Positions 11,435 to 20,785 of a stretch of 64,000 nt of DNA are shown here, piece by piece (the stretch's first letter is position 1; every line of letters begins with the position of its first letter). The notes beneath the pieces are model-generated. The model was given only the letters and a program-made list of their open reading frames with translations, was not told the DNA's origin and did not search any database. Source of the DNA: Gammaproteobacteria bacterium (GTDB lineage Bacteria; Pseudomonadota; Gammaproteobacteria; UBA4575); contig CBDEUS010000001.1 of assembly GCA_965243395.1 (NCBI GenBank), positions 320,001-384,000 on the forward strand, read 5' to 3'. Made by a program: the position numbers and the translations under genes.

Positions 11435-12142
11435 ATGAAGGACGAAAACCCAATTATTATTGCGCTTGATTACCCAAATGCCAAGCAAGCAAATGAGTTC
11501 ATACAGCGTATTCAAGGATCTTCATGTAAATTAAAAGTAGGCCTGGAACTGTTTATTGCCGAGGGGCCTGCGTTTGTTGAGCAGTTGGTGGCTCAAGGGC
11601 ATCAAGTATTTTTAGACTTAAAGCTACACGATATTCCTAACACTGTAGCTTCAGCATGTAGATCTGCTTCTAGTTTAGGGGTTTGGATGATGACTTTACA
11701 TGCGTTAGGCGGGGAAGCAATGTTGGGTGCAGCGCGTGAAGAAATATCTAATTCTACGAATGCCCCTAAGCTTGTCGCGGTAAGCGTACTAACTTCTATG
11801 GACGATAATCAATTAAAGGGTGTTGGTATAGAAAACTCTCCAAAAAATACAGTAATGAAGCTTGCTGAAGTTGCAATGGCTGCAAATATGGATGGCATGG
11901 TGTGTTCCGTCCATGAAGTTGCTGCGATGAGAGAAAAATGGGGAGAGCTTCCTACGATCGTTACTCCCGGTATACGTTTACAATATGACCAATCTCATGA
12001 TCAAAGTCGTATAGCTTCACCTAAACAGGCACATGATTTGGGTTCAAATTATATTGTGGTGGGCAGGCCCATTACACAAGCAGCGAATCCAGTTGAAGCA
12101 ATGAATCAATACCTTGATAACTGGAGTTCAAGTGCTGAGTGA
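11435..12142 (+). CDS. pyrF: orotidine-5'-phosphate decarboxylase
   Basis: FLDLKLHDIPNTV, VTPGIR, VVGRPIT. Confidence 0.97.
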   Translation: MKDENPIIIALDYPNAKQANEFIQRIQGSSCKLKVGLELFIAEGPAFVEQLVAQGHQVFLDLKLHDIPNTVASACRSASSLGVWMMTLHALGGEAMLGAAREEISNSTNAPKLVAVSVLTSMDDNQLKGVGIENSPKNTVMKLAEVAMAANMDGMVCSVHEVAAMREKWGELPTIVTPGIRLQYDQSHDQSRIASPKQAHDLGSNYIVVGRPITQAANPVEAMNQYLDNWSSSAE

Positions 12143-12267
12143 TATATACATGCAAGTTTTCTATTTGAATAATTTAAATAAAGTCGATAGATTAATTACC
12201 AGAATAAATTTAATAGCAGATAAAACTAAATATTAGAATTTCTGCGATAGCAATATTAGGTGGGTAA

Positions 12268-12525
12268 ATGTTGCGTCTATTGTTAATTTCGATATTTTTT
12301 GTATTTATCTCAATTGTTAATGCTGAACCAGTCAACATTAATGAGGCAGATGCTCAGGAACTTGCCGATAATTTGACTGGGGTGGGTCCTAAAAAAGCTC
12401 AAGCAATCATAGAATATAGAGAATTAAATGGCCCATTTTTTAGCGCAGAAGAAATTGTCAATGTAAAAGGAATTGGTCCAAAAACGTTAGAGAAGAATAT
12501 AGAAAATATTCGCGTCAGGAATTAA
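12268..12525 (+). CDS. comEA: ComEA-family helix-hairpin-helix DNA-binding protein
   Basis: Signal peptide, VNINEA, GVGPKKAQAIIEYR, VKGIG. Confidence 0.9.
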   Translation: MLRLLLISIFFVFISIVNAEPVNINEADAQELADNLTGVGPKKAQAIIEYRELNGPFFSAEEIVNVKGIGPKTLEKNIENIRVRN

Positions 12526-12621
12526 TTTTCTTGAAATATAATTATGATGTGATAATTTTTAATTGATTCTTTAGCTATCTAGTTCTCATTTTAAATAATA
12601 TAAATATTTTACATTAAGCCT

Positions 12622-13494
12622 ATGCAAAAAATTCGTAAAGCTGTATTTCCTGTAGCAGGAATGGGAACTAGATTTCTTCCCGCAACTAAGGCTAATCCAA
12701 AGGAAATGCTACCCGTGGTTGATAAACCGCTCATTCAATATGCAGCTGAAGAAGCTGTTGCCGCGGGAATCGACACTTTGATTTTTATTACAGGCCGTCA
12801 TAAACGTTCTATTGAAGACCATTTTGATAAAGCTTACGAATTAGAAACTGAACTGCAAGCAGATGGTAAAGATACGATGCTAAATATGGTTCAAAATATT
12901 CTACCTAACGATGTGAAGTGTATTTATATTCGTCAATCTGAACCATTAGGGTTAGGGCATGCAGTGTTATGCGCAAAACCTGTAGTTGGAGATGATCCCT
13001 TTGCAGTGATACTGGCAGATGATCTCGTGGACAATGATACATATGGGTGCATTTCCCAAATGGTTGATGTTTATGAAAAAGAAAAATGTGGTGTTGTGGG
13101 AGTGCAAGAAGTTAAAAAAGAAGAAGTAAAAAGTTATGGTGTAATTGCGGGTAACAAAATTCAAGATAATTTATGGGATGTAGATACCTTTGTGGAAAAA
13201 CCAGATCCTGAAGATGCGCCATCAAATGTTGCAGTTGTTGGGCGCTATTTATTAGAACCTTCAATTTTTAAAATTCTTGAGGAAACGGGGAAAGGTGCTG
13301 GCGATGAAATTCAATTGACTGACGCTTTGGCTACTCAGGCAAAGTCAGAAAAATTATTGGCTTACAAGTTTGAAGGCAAACGATATGACTGTGGAAGCAA
13401 GTTTGGTTACCTAGAAGCTACAGTTGAACTAGCAATGAAGCACGGTGGAATTGGTAAACAATTCAAAAACTACTTACAACAGCGTATTAAGTAA
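12622..13494 (+). CDS. galU: UTP-glucose-1-phosphate uridylyltransferase
   Basis: [42 protein letters not shown]. Confidence 0.97.
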   Translation: MQKIRKAVFPVAGMGTRFLPATKANPKEMLPVVDKPLIQYAAEEAVAAGIDTLIFITGRHKRSIEDHFDKAYELETELQADGKDTMLNMVQNILPNDVKCIYIRQSEPLGLGHAVLCAKPVVGDDPFAVILADDLVDNDTYGCISQMVDVYEKEKCGVVGVQEVKKEEVKSYGVIAGNKIQDNLWDVDTFVEKPDPEDAPSNVAVVGRYLLEPSIFKILEETGKGAGDEIQLTDALATQAKSEKLLAYKFEGKRYDCGSKFGYLEATVELAMKHGGIGKQFKNYLQQRIK

Positions 13495-13620
13495 TCTGAA
13501 ATTTGTTTGATACTGAGTTTTAACAACCTAGTGATTTAATTTAATAATAATCTATTGTCCGCTCTAGGAGCTAAACAGACCTCCTCTGTCTTACAATTAA
13601 GTATAAATTTATAAGTCTGC

Positions 13621-14781
13621 TTATACGTAGTCTCCTCTCAAACGATTGCCAAGAGTAACTGAAGCTGCACCAAGGCCTAATAACATCACTAGCAAAATTA
13701 ATATCTCACCAAGAAAAGGTACGAACCCTATAATCACTAATAGGATCACACCAGTAGCTAACAGAAATATACGCTGACCGGTTTTTTTGGATTCAACGTT
13801 TTTGTTTAGTATCCAATCTGACACTGCAAATGCTGCTGTCGTAATACCAAGAATAAATAAAAATGGTAGCAATAGCAGTGTGGCTACTCCGATCGGGATT
13901 CCAATGATGGTAGCTGTGGTTACAACTATGAATATTGGGACGCTGATAAAAACAACAAAACCCCATAAGATGCTTTGACCTGGATGAGTGCGCAGCAAAG
14001 TTATGCATTGTTCAACAAAACCACGAGCAAAGATGACGAGAATGAGCCCAAGTAAAAAAACACTAATAGCTAAAAGTATGAGTAATGCTCTACTATCGGA
14101 ATCGTGTTCATTCTCCTTAATATAATCAGAATCTTCCAGACTTGTTTTCGTGAGCTTGCCAGCCACGATTGCATTTGGAGAAATAACAGCTTCCTCGCTT
14201 GATCGTATAGTAAGGTTACCTTCAATATGCGCAGTATCACCAAGCTGCACATGGCGCCCCTCGATAGTAACGGGCCCGGATGTATGGCCTGAAAATATAA
14301 CTTGGTCTGCGTATAGACTAAGATTGTCCTTCGCGACTCCGTTAAACTCAATTAGTGCTGCAGCTAAAGATGTGTCGTTAGGTAACACAGCATTTTTAGA
14401 AATTTCAATTGATGCAGCTGCGGCACTTAATTGCTCTCCAACTTCGGCATCAACTTTTAATTCAGCCCCTGCAAGTCGGGCATTACCTGAAACTTTTCCT
14501 TTAACACTTAACCGTGAGCCTGCAGCGTATAAATTGCCATTGGTTTCTGTATCAATATCAATCAAAGCACCGGCCGCCCATATGTCTTGCTTCGCTTTAC
14601 CTTCAATGGTTAAACGAACGCCGGCAGCATAAATGTTCTTTGCGTTTTCGGATATGATTCTGATATTTGCGCCGGCCGCTTTAATATTATTCTCTTCGTA
14701 AGTGGCTAGCACATTGAAAAATGCTGAAATAAAAATGATCAGGATTGTGGATATGAATAGGATCAGTATTCGTCTATGCAT
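13621..14781 (-). CDS. bactofilin-like (polymer-forming) beta-repeat protein with C-terminal multi-TM domain
   Basis: N-terminal TM, repeated (N/D)(I/L)YAAG..(L/I).(I/V).G units, then ~5 hydrophobic helices with TIIGIPIG. Confidence 0.65.
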   Translation of the reverse strand: MHRRILILFISTILIIFISAFFNVLATYEENNIKAAGANIRIISENAKNIYAAGVRLTIEGKAKQDIWAAGALIDIDTETNGNLYAAGSRLSVKGKVSGNARLAGAELKVDAEVGEQLSAAAASIEISKNAVLPNDTSLAAALIEFNGVAKDNLSLYADQVIFSGHTSGPVTIEGRHVQLGDTAHIEGNLTIRSSEEAVISPNAIVAGKLTKTSLEDSDYIKENEHDSDSRALLILLAISVFLLGLILVIFARGFVEQCITLLRTHPGQSILWGFVVFISVPIFIVVTTATIIGIPIGVATLLLLPFLFILGITTAAFAVSDWILNKNVESKKTGQRIFLLATGVILLVIIGFVPFLGEILILLVMLLGLGAASVTLGNRLRGDYV

Positions 14782-14858
14782 ACATTACTCCTAAAGATAT
14801 TTATTTGACGCACAATAAATGATATGTGCAAAGAAAACACAAACTGAATGTTATGCAT

Positions 14859-14872
14859 TTGATCTAGCTCAA
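14859..14872 (-). promoter_or_regulatory. FNR-type box (1 mismatch)
   Basis: TTGATCTAGCTCAA upstream of the 14781 start. Confidence 0.6.
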
Positions 14873-14914
14873 TTTATTTAACGAATAGGAAATTTTGATA
14901 AAACTAGCTAAATA

Positions 14915-14928
14915 TTGATAAATATCAA
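14915..14928 (+). promoter_or_regulatory. FNR-type box (perfect)
   Basis: TTGATAAATATCAA; TACTAT -10 at 14950-14955. Confidence 0.85.
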
Positions 14929-15002
14929 TTCAACTAATTTAATATTTATTACTATTTGGGAGGTAGTAAATAGATTTACAATTAATACGAATGAGGTGAC
15001 TC

Positions 15003-15392
15003 ATGAACTTTGGAACAATAGAGATACTCGCATTAATACTTATTGCGATAACCGCTATTAAACTTCTTGTTTTCCTGGTAAATCCTCAGTGGTGGTATAG
15101 CTTTATAGAGAAAGTATACGGAAACCCTCCAATTACATCTTTAATCGCATTTATATTAGCAATGGTTGTTTTATACTTTTTGGTTCTATCTGGAATCTCA
15201 ATAGTTGAAATACTTGCGGTTAGCTTATTTATCGCATTATTGATTGCTATTGGATTTGCAAAATATGCTAACAAATTAATTCCTTGGGTAAGAGAACAAA
15301 ATATTGTATTAATACTAAAAGAAGTATGGCTGTATACGTTAGTATGGCTGCTACTCATAGCCTGGGGAGCAGGCGAACTTTTGATAAGTTAG
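15003..15392 (+). CDS. hypothetical 4-TM membrane protein
   Basis: GAGGTG RBS, hydrophobic helices. Confidence 0.75.
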   Translation: MNFGTIEILALILIAITAIKLLVFLVNPQWWYSFIEKVYGNPPITSLIAFILAMVVLYFLVLSGISIVEILAVSLFIALLIAIGFAKYANKLIPWVREQNIVLILKEVWLYTLVWLLLIAWGAGELLIS

Positions 15393-15395
15393 TAC

Positions 15396-15644
15396 ATGAG
15401 CAAAGAAGAAGTTCACGATTTACTCGTTAAACTGAAAAGAGAAGTAAAAAATCTTGATTCAAATAGCGATATTCATAAAGAAATAAATTCGCTAATCTCT
15501 GATATTGAACAGAAATTAGCACTTAATGAAACATCACTAACGGAAAATATACGCAATTATATTGAGCAATTTGAAGCTGAGCATCCAAGAGTTACGAATA
15601 TTCTAAGCGAGCTAATGATCAAGTTAATGAATATTGGAATCTAA
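15396..15644 (+). CDS. DUF4404-like small helical protein
   Basis: C-terminal FEAEHPRVT.IL......L.NIGI signature. Confidence 0.75.
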   Translation: MSKEEVHDLLVKLKREVKNLDSNSDIHKEINSLISDIEQKLALNETSLTENIRNYIEQFEAEHPRVTNILSELMIKLMNIGI

Positions 15645-15653
15645 CTAAACATC

Positions 15654-16130
15654 CTAGGAAAAGCCTTTGAGTACATCTTTTTCTTCCTTGGTATATTTTC
15701 TAATTAAATCTTCGATATGTATTAGTTCTTGGCTTAACATAGTAATACCATAACTCCAAGCTTTAACTAAATCATTCGTCTTGTCTAAATTTAATGTATC
15801 ACACAATGCATTGGTAAATGCTTTTTTCATAATTGGATAAAATTCATTTTTAACATGATGCTGAACATGAACATGTGCAATATCGTCTAGCTTTCCATAT
15901 ATTAATTTAAAGTTATCGATTTCTGTTGCATATAAAATAATTGTATCAATCAATCTCTCTGATTGAGACGGAGGCGTATTTTTAAATAGCTGTTTAATTT
16001 CCACATTATCTGCAAACATATTGTTATATGTTTTCTCGCCAATCTCATGGCTATGTTGTTTGATTGCGGGGTATGTGCGTTTTAGCGCTTCTAAATATCT
16101 TAGCTCTCCACTTAACATTTTATATCCCAT
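15654..16130 (-). CDS. single-domain globin (Vgb/Cgb, flavohemoglobin-N-like), no reductase domain
   Basis: Tyr B10 (KTYNNMF), Phe CD1 (QLF), Gln E7, His F8 (IAHVH), FYP, AW. Confidence 0.85.
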   Translation of the reverse strand: MGYKMLSGELRYLEALKRTYPAIKQHSHEIGEKTYNNMFADNVEIKQLFKNTPPSQSERLIDTIILYATEIDNFKLIYGKLDDIAHVHVQHHVKNEFYPIMKKAFTNALCDTLNLDKTNDLVKAWSYGITMLSQELIHIEDLIRKYTKEEKDVLKGFS

Positions 16131-16175
16131 ATGAACTGAGTTAAGTAAAGTATAAGCAGCAGGGTTAATTCATGT

Positions 16176-16189
16176 CTGACCTAAATCAA
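16176..16189 (-). promoter_or_regulatory. FNR-type box (degenerate) of the globin promoter
   Basis: CTGACCTAAATCAA; minus-strand TATACT at 16154-16149. Confidence 0.7.
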
Positions 16190-16206
16190 AAATAGGATAG
16201 ATACTG

Positions 16207-16349
16207 TATGCAAGATGCGGAATAGCAATATATGATACCAGCTGTTACCTAATTGATATTAGGCTCTTCTTTGGGGAAGCATTATGTGTTTTTTTAGGCA
16301 TATATCTTCCGCACCTTGCATAAGATGTCTCATAAATATTATGAGGCAT
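16207..16349. repeat. long imperfect inverted repeat enclosing small hairpins, plus an adjacent hairpin
   Basis: TATGCAAGATGCGGAA (16207-22) pairs with TTCCGCACCTTGCATA (16307-22) with 1 mismatch; ATATATG/CATATAT extends the stem; ATGTCTCATAA...TTATGAGGCAT follows. Confidence 0.7.
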
Positions 16350-16383
16350 AACTCCAACATATTTCATTTCTTATAATGAAGTA

Positions 16384-16397
16384 TTGATATAAATCAT
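16384..16397 (+). promoter_or_regulatory. FNR-type box (1 mismatch)
   Basis: TTGATATAAATCAT upstream of the cytochrome c at 16464. Confidence 0.65.
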
Positions 16398-16463
16398 CTA
16401 ATTCCATATTTATTGCTTGTATTGTTACATTGCATCAAATAGTTTGGACAAAGGATATTTAGA

Positions 16464-16859
16464 ATGAATTTCGTTCTAGCAATATTTTCGATTATATTAT
16501 TGCAAACACAAGTTTATGCAAATTCTGAAGACATTAAAAAATCACATGAAAAAGGCTCACAAACTTATATAAACTATTGTGCTAATTGCCATGGAGATGA
16601 TGGTAAAGGTGATGGCCTAAACGCCAAGCAACTAGCAGCTAAAGCATCTGATCTTACGTTGCTTAGCAAAAATAATGGGGGTTCATTCCCTGAAACGACA
16701 GTCTATAATATTATTGATGGTCGTAGGACAGGTGATTATCATGGCCAAGAAATGCCGGTATGGGGACAATACTATAAAGAAATCGACGGGGATGAAGCCA
16801 TTGTAGATGCCCGCATTAGTAGAATAATTGAGTACCTCAAATCAATTCAAGTAGATTAG
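16464..16859 (+). CDS. secreted monoheme cytochrome c (paralog 1)
   Basis: Signal peptide, CANCH, DLT.L..NNGG.FP, HG.EMPVWG. Confidence 0.9.
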   Translation: MNFVLAIFSIILLQTQVYANSEDIKKSHEKGSQTYINYCANCHGDDGKGDGLNAKQLAAKASDLTLLSKNNGGSFPETTVYNIIDGRRTGDYHGQEMPVWGQYYKEIDGDEAIVDARISRIIEYLKSIQVD

Positions 16860-16931
16860 TAAATGTATAAGTATTTTTGTAATATTTTTTTCACATATTA
16901 TTGCGAGAATAACTTAAGATAAACAGTATGT

Positions 16932-17453
16932 TTAAAGATACATGCTGTAAATAACTTGTGTTGAATCATTTGGATTTTTTTCTACATGCATACCAAAGTC
17001 ATTAGCCAATGACTTCATTTTATAGTTATCTGTAAAATCTACAGAAAAGATGCGTGTGACACCTTGTTCACGCGCATATTTAATTAATGATTTCATCAAA
17101 ATTGTTCCTAACCCTTTATTCTGCCACTCATCAGCAACGACCACTGAGAATTCATACGAATCTCCATATTGATTAACTGCATAGCGACTAACTCCAATTA
17201 CTTTTTCTTTCCCCTTATCGACAACTGTAGCGACAAACGCCATCTTATTTTCATAATCTATATCACATAATTCAATAACTTCTTCAGTTGAAAGATGTGC
17301 AACACCACCGAGGAATCGATAATGTCTGCTTTGGGGAGATAATGTATCAATAAAGTCTCGTTCTTTTTCAGCATCATCTAGATTCATTGGGCGAATTAAT
17401 ACTTGTTTTCCGTCAATTTCTTCAACCTGTTTAAGTTTACTGACTGCTAACAT
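16932..17453 (-). CDS. stand-alone GNAT acetyltransferase resembling the C-terminal domain of Pat/acyl-CoA ligase-GNAT proteins
   Basis: IRP....D, LSPQSRHYRFL, IDY....A, IGVSRY, EFSVVVADEWQNKGLG. Confidence 0.85.
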   Translation of the reverse strand: MLAVSKLKQVEEIDGKQVLIRPMNLDDAEKERDFIDTLSPQSRHYRFLGGVAHLSTEEVIELCDIDYENKMAFVATVVDKGKEKVIGVSRYAVNQYGDSYEFSVVVADEWQNKGLGTILMKSLIKYAREQGVTRIFSVDFTDNYKMKSLANDFGMHVEKNPNDSTQVIYSMYL

Positions 17454-17529
17454 TATCTTGTCTCCTCTGAGAATGTTTACATTTATTTATCTTTATCTTC
17501 CTATTTTCCTTCAAAATGCCTTCGCAATA

Positions 17530-17543
17530 TTGATTTAACTCAA
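17530..17543. promoter_or_regulatory. FNR-type box (1 mismatch) between divergent GNAT and FNT genes
   Basis: TTGATTTAACTCAA. Confidence 0.7.
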
Positions 17544-17604
17544 CAAATCATTACTAATCTTAGGTTATCGTTATTTTTCAACAGGGTTAAATGGATTAAG
17601 TAAA

Positions 17605-18393
17605 TTGTCTGAGCAAACTATTGATGCCTATACGCCAGATAGAATGGCGGAGTTGGTTGAAAGCGTTGGTGTAAAAAAGGCTGCTTTGCCTGTTGTGCCA
17701 ACCCTTATGTTGGGTTTGCTTGCAGGTGTATTCATTGCTTTTGGGGCAATGTTTTTCACACTGGTTACAACTAATCAATTTATGGGTTTAGGTTCCGCTC
17801 GATTATTGGGTGGTGTGGCTTTTTCTCTAGGCCTTATTCTTGTGGTCGTTGGGGGCGCAGAGTTATTTACTGGTAACAATCTAATCGTAATGGCCTGGGC
17901 TGATCGAAAAGTTTCTACTATGAAATTATTACGAAATTGGGGTCTTGTATATTTTTCAAATTTATGTGGAGCAGTAGGAACGGCTGCACTAGTATTTTGG
18001 TCCGGTACATTGTCGTTCGGTGATGGTGCTGTTTCTGAAACTGCAGTTGAAATAGCTATGGCCAAAGTCAATATTAATCCACTGCAAGCATTTATTAGAG
18101 GAATATTGTGTAATGTTTTAGTTTGCTTGGCTGTTTGGTTATGTTTTGCCGCACGTGATGTAGCAGGAAAGATACTAGCAATTATTTTTCCTATTTCTGC
18201 ATTTGTTGCTTTAGGATTTGAGCATTCAGTTGCAAATATGTATTTTATCCCACTAGGAATGTTATTAAGTAGTGGCGATATCACCATTATAGATTTTATA
18301 AACAATCTCATTCCCGTAACCCTTGGCAACATTGTTGGGGGAGGGCTACTTGTTGCAATTGTATATTGGAGTATTTACTTAAGAAAATATTAG
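17605..18393 (+). CDS. formate/nitrite transporter (FNT) family channel
   Basis: LAGVFIAFG, GAELFTGN, GILCNVLVCLAVW, GFEHSVANM, GNIVGG; TTG start. Confidence 0.93.
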   Translation: MSEQTIDAYTPDRMAELVESVGVKKAALPVVPTLMLGLLAGVFIAFGAMFFTLVTTNQFMGLGSARLLGGVAFSLGLILVVVGGAELFTGNNLIVMAWADRKVSTMKLLRNWGLVYFSNLCGAVGTAALVFWSGTLSFGDGAVSETAVEIAMAKVNINPLQAFIRGILCNVLVCLAVWLCFAARDVAGKILAIIFPISAFVALGFEHSVANMYFIPLGMLLSSGDITIIDFINNLIPVTLGNIVGGGLLVAIVYWSIYLRKY

Positions 18394-18515
18394 TTATGAA
18401 TATTCTTATTGATAAAAATATATCAAAAATATTAATTACATCTCTACTATTTAGCCTGCTTACCAAGCTGCTCCGTCTTATTCAACCAATGATTTAATTT
18501 ATTTTAAGTAAATAC

Positions 18516-19712
18516 TCATAGTGCGCTAAAGTAACCAAAAAATAGCAGAATAAAATTAAGTGAAATTCCTAAAATAGGAAGAACATAATCTAGTTTTACT
18601 TTGCTATGTCCAATTACTGAGATATATAAAAGTGATGATTGAACAACAATGAAGATCGCTAAAGTTATAGTGCTCGTTATTTCGGCCAAAGTTACCAGAT
18701 CAAAGCTAGTTACAAGAATTGAAAGAATTATAGCAATTGTTACTGTTGCAACTATTGGCGTATGTGTATTCTTATTAACCAAACTAAATACAGATAAGAA
18801 TAGTTTTTGTTTGGCCATTCCATACAATACTCTTGATGCCATGATTAATTGCACAAGTGCACCGTTTATTATTGCAATCATGCTAATCATTGCCATGATA
18901 GTTGGATTGTAACCTTTATATTCAACTATGGAGACTAATGGAGCGCTACTCGTATTAAATATAGATGAAGGAATAAAAACTGTGCAAGCAACAGAAAGTG
19001 CTAAATATAGTAGAGTTGAAAATATTAAAGATAAAGCTATAGCAAGAGGAACCACTCTAGTCGGGTTTTTAGTTTCTTCTGCAATGTTTACAATATCTTC
19101 AAAACCAATATAGGCATAGAAGGAAATAAAAGCAGCATAAAAAATAATACTGCTTTCGGAAAAAATTGAATTAGGTGAGGGAACGCTAAATGTTTCCAGC
19201 TCTTTTACGTCTATCACAGCATAGATTACAAAAAGCAAGCCAATAATTTCAATAATAGTGATACACGAAGCGATAGTTAAAGACTGGCTTATTCCCCAAA
19301 CTGCAAATGCAGTGATCATTATGATAACGCTCAATATAATTACTAATTCTGGAATTTGGTAAAGTGCAATGAAGTAACCTGCAAATCCCTTAGTCATGGT
19401 TGCAGCAGAAACCGTACCAATCATTACTACGGCCAAGCCAACTAATACAGATATAATGCGTTTATTAAAAGCTGCATATGCATATGCTGCTTCACCAGCA
19501 CTTTTAGGATACATAGAAGCTAACCGCGCAAAAGAATAAGCTGTTATTCCAGCAATAAATGCAGCCACCATAAATGACAAAGGTGCAAGCTTCCCAGCGC
19601 GTAGAGAAACTTCACCAATTAATACATATATGCCTGCACCCAGTATCGTGCCTAATCCATAAAATGTTAGTAGGGGTAGCGATACCTTCCTAGCGAGTGT
19701 ACCTCCAGACAT
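18516..19712 (-). CDS. APC-family amino acid permease
   Basis: YGLGTILGAGIY, FYAYIGFED....AEE.KNP. Confidence 0.9.
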   Translation of the reverse strand: MSGGTLARKVSLPLLTFYGLGTILGAGIYVLIGEVSLRAGKLAPLSFMVAAFIAGITAYSFARLASMYPKSAGEAAYAYAAFNKRIISVLVGLAVVMIGTVSAATMTKGFAGYFIALYQIPELVIILSVIIMITAFAVWGISQSLTIASCITIIEIIGLLFVIYAVIDVKELETFSVPSPNSIFSESSIIFYAAFISFYAYIGFEDIVNIAEETKNPTRVVPLAIALSLIFSTLLYLALSVACTVFIPSSIFNTSSAPLVSIVEYKGYNPTIMAMISMIAIINGALVQLIMASRVLYGMAKQKLFLSVFSLVNKNTHTPIVATVTIAIILSILVTSFDLVTLAEITSTITLAIFIVVQSSLLYISVIGHSKVKLDYVLPILGISLNFILLFFGYFSAL

Positions 19713-19755
19713 TAATATAGCTCATAATGTATTAGATGAATTACTAATTATAAAA

Positions 19756-20595
19756 CTAATGAGAAAGGAATAATGGTATCGTTGTGTGTTTTAGCAAGTA
19801 TTTAGTTGTTCCACCCAATACAATTTCCTTAAATCGTGTATTTCCATATGCGCCCATAACTATTAAGTCCGCATCATATTCAATTGCACCTTGAAGAATT
19901 GTCGCGCCCGTGCCTTTTGCAGATCTATCTAATGTAACTACTTCAGCATTTATGCCATGATGAGATAAATGCTTACGTAAATCATCGCTATAAATCATAT
20001 TTTCCTTTTCTTCTTTATCAGTACTTGAAACACTTACAATTTGGACATGCTCAGTTAAATCTAAAAAAGGCAAGGCATCATGAACCGCTCTTGCAGCCTC
20101 AAGACTCTCATTCCATGCAATTACTACTCTCTTAGGTAAGTTAAATACTTTTTTCAAATCTGGAACAACCATTAGTGGCCGACCCATATGAATTGATAAA
20201 TAGTCTGCAATTACATGGGTATTTTCTTCACCAAGCCTTGAATAGCCTCTAGGAAGAATCACAAGATCTGCGTAACGTGACTTATCCACAATATAATCTA
20301 TATCTACGCCTTCAATTTCATTCCATTCACATGGTACTTCTAATTCGGAGGCTTTTTTCTTGAACTTGGATTTTAAAAGCTCTGAATTTCTATTGGCTTC
20401 TTCAATTTGGTCGTCTGCGTAATAGGGAATAACTTCCGGATTCCCATAGCCATATATTGGTATTGCAGGGTATGGAATAAAATGGACGCCTGTTACATGC
20501 GCCTCATATATTTTTGCTAATAGCAATGCGGTTTCAACACGATAGTCGTTTGCTTCACTAGCATCGCATACTACTAAAAGATCTTTTATAGGCAT
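19756..20595 (-). CDS. tandem-domain universal stress protein
   Basis: RVVIAWNES.EAARA, DLIVMGAYG..RFKE.VLGGTT, SH C-terminus. Confidence 0.93.
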   Translation of the reverse strand: MPIKDLLVVCDASEANDYRVETALLLAKIYEAHVTGVHFIPYPAIPIYGYGNPEVIPYYADDQIEEANRNSELLKSKFKKKASELEVPCEWNEIEGVDIDYIVDKSRYADLVILPRGYSRLGEENTHVIADYLSIHMGRPLMVVPDLKKVFNLPKRVVIAWNESLEAARAVHDALPFLDLTEHVQIVSVSSTDKEEKENMIYSDDLRKHLSHHGINAEVVTLDRSAKGTGATILQGAIEYDADLIVMGAYGNTRFKEIVLGGTTKYLLKHTTIPLFLSH

Positions 20596-20664
20596 GATAT
20601 TTCTCCTATTAGAAATAAACCAGTAATTCTTTAAAGCATGCTATCTAATTGATCATATTGCTGA

Positions 20665-20678
20665 TTGACCTATATCAG
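20665..20678 (-). promoter_or_regulatory. FNR-type box (degenerate) of the usp promoter
   Basis: TTGACCTATATCAG; minus-strand TAGCAT at 20643-20638. Confidence 0.7.
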
Positions 20679-20726
20679 ATAAGTGTATTTTTATATATGA
20701 TTTGTAAAAAATTAAGCAAGAGAAGC

Positions 20727-20774
20727 TTATAAAAGGGATGTAGCCAAATAAAATATTTAGCTACAACCTTATAA
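20727..20774 (-). terminator. imperfect hairpin downstream of hsp20
   Basis: TTATAAAAGGGATGTAGC...GCTACAACCTTATAA. Confidence 0.45.
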
Positions 20775-20785
20775 ACGTGATAAAA

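Noticed and set aside
18409-18426. TTGAT...ATCAA inverted repeat after the FNT gene
   Set aside because: Spacer is 8 bp rather than 4, and it lies between convergent genes; more likely a terminator-like hairpin or chance
18396-18497. 33-aa ORF resembling a broken lipoprotein signal peptide
   Set aside because: No RBS; the lipobox Cys is in another frame and quickly hits a stop; cannot be supported
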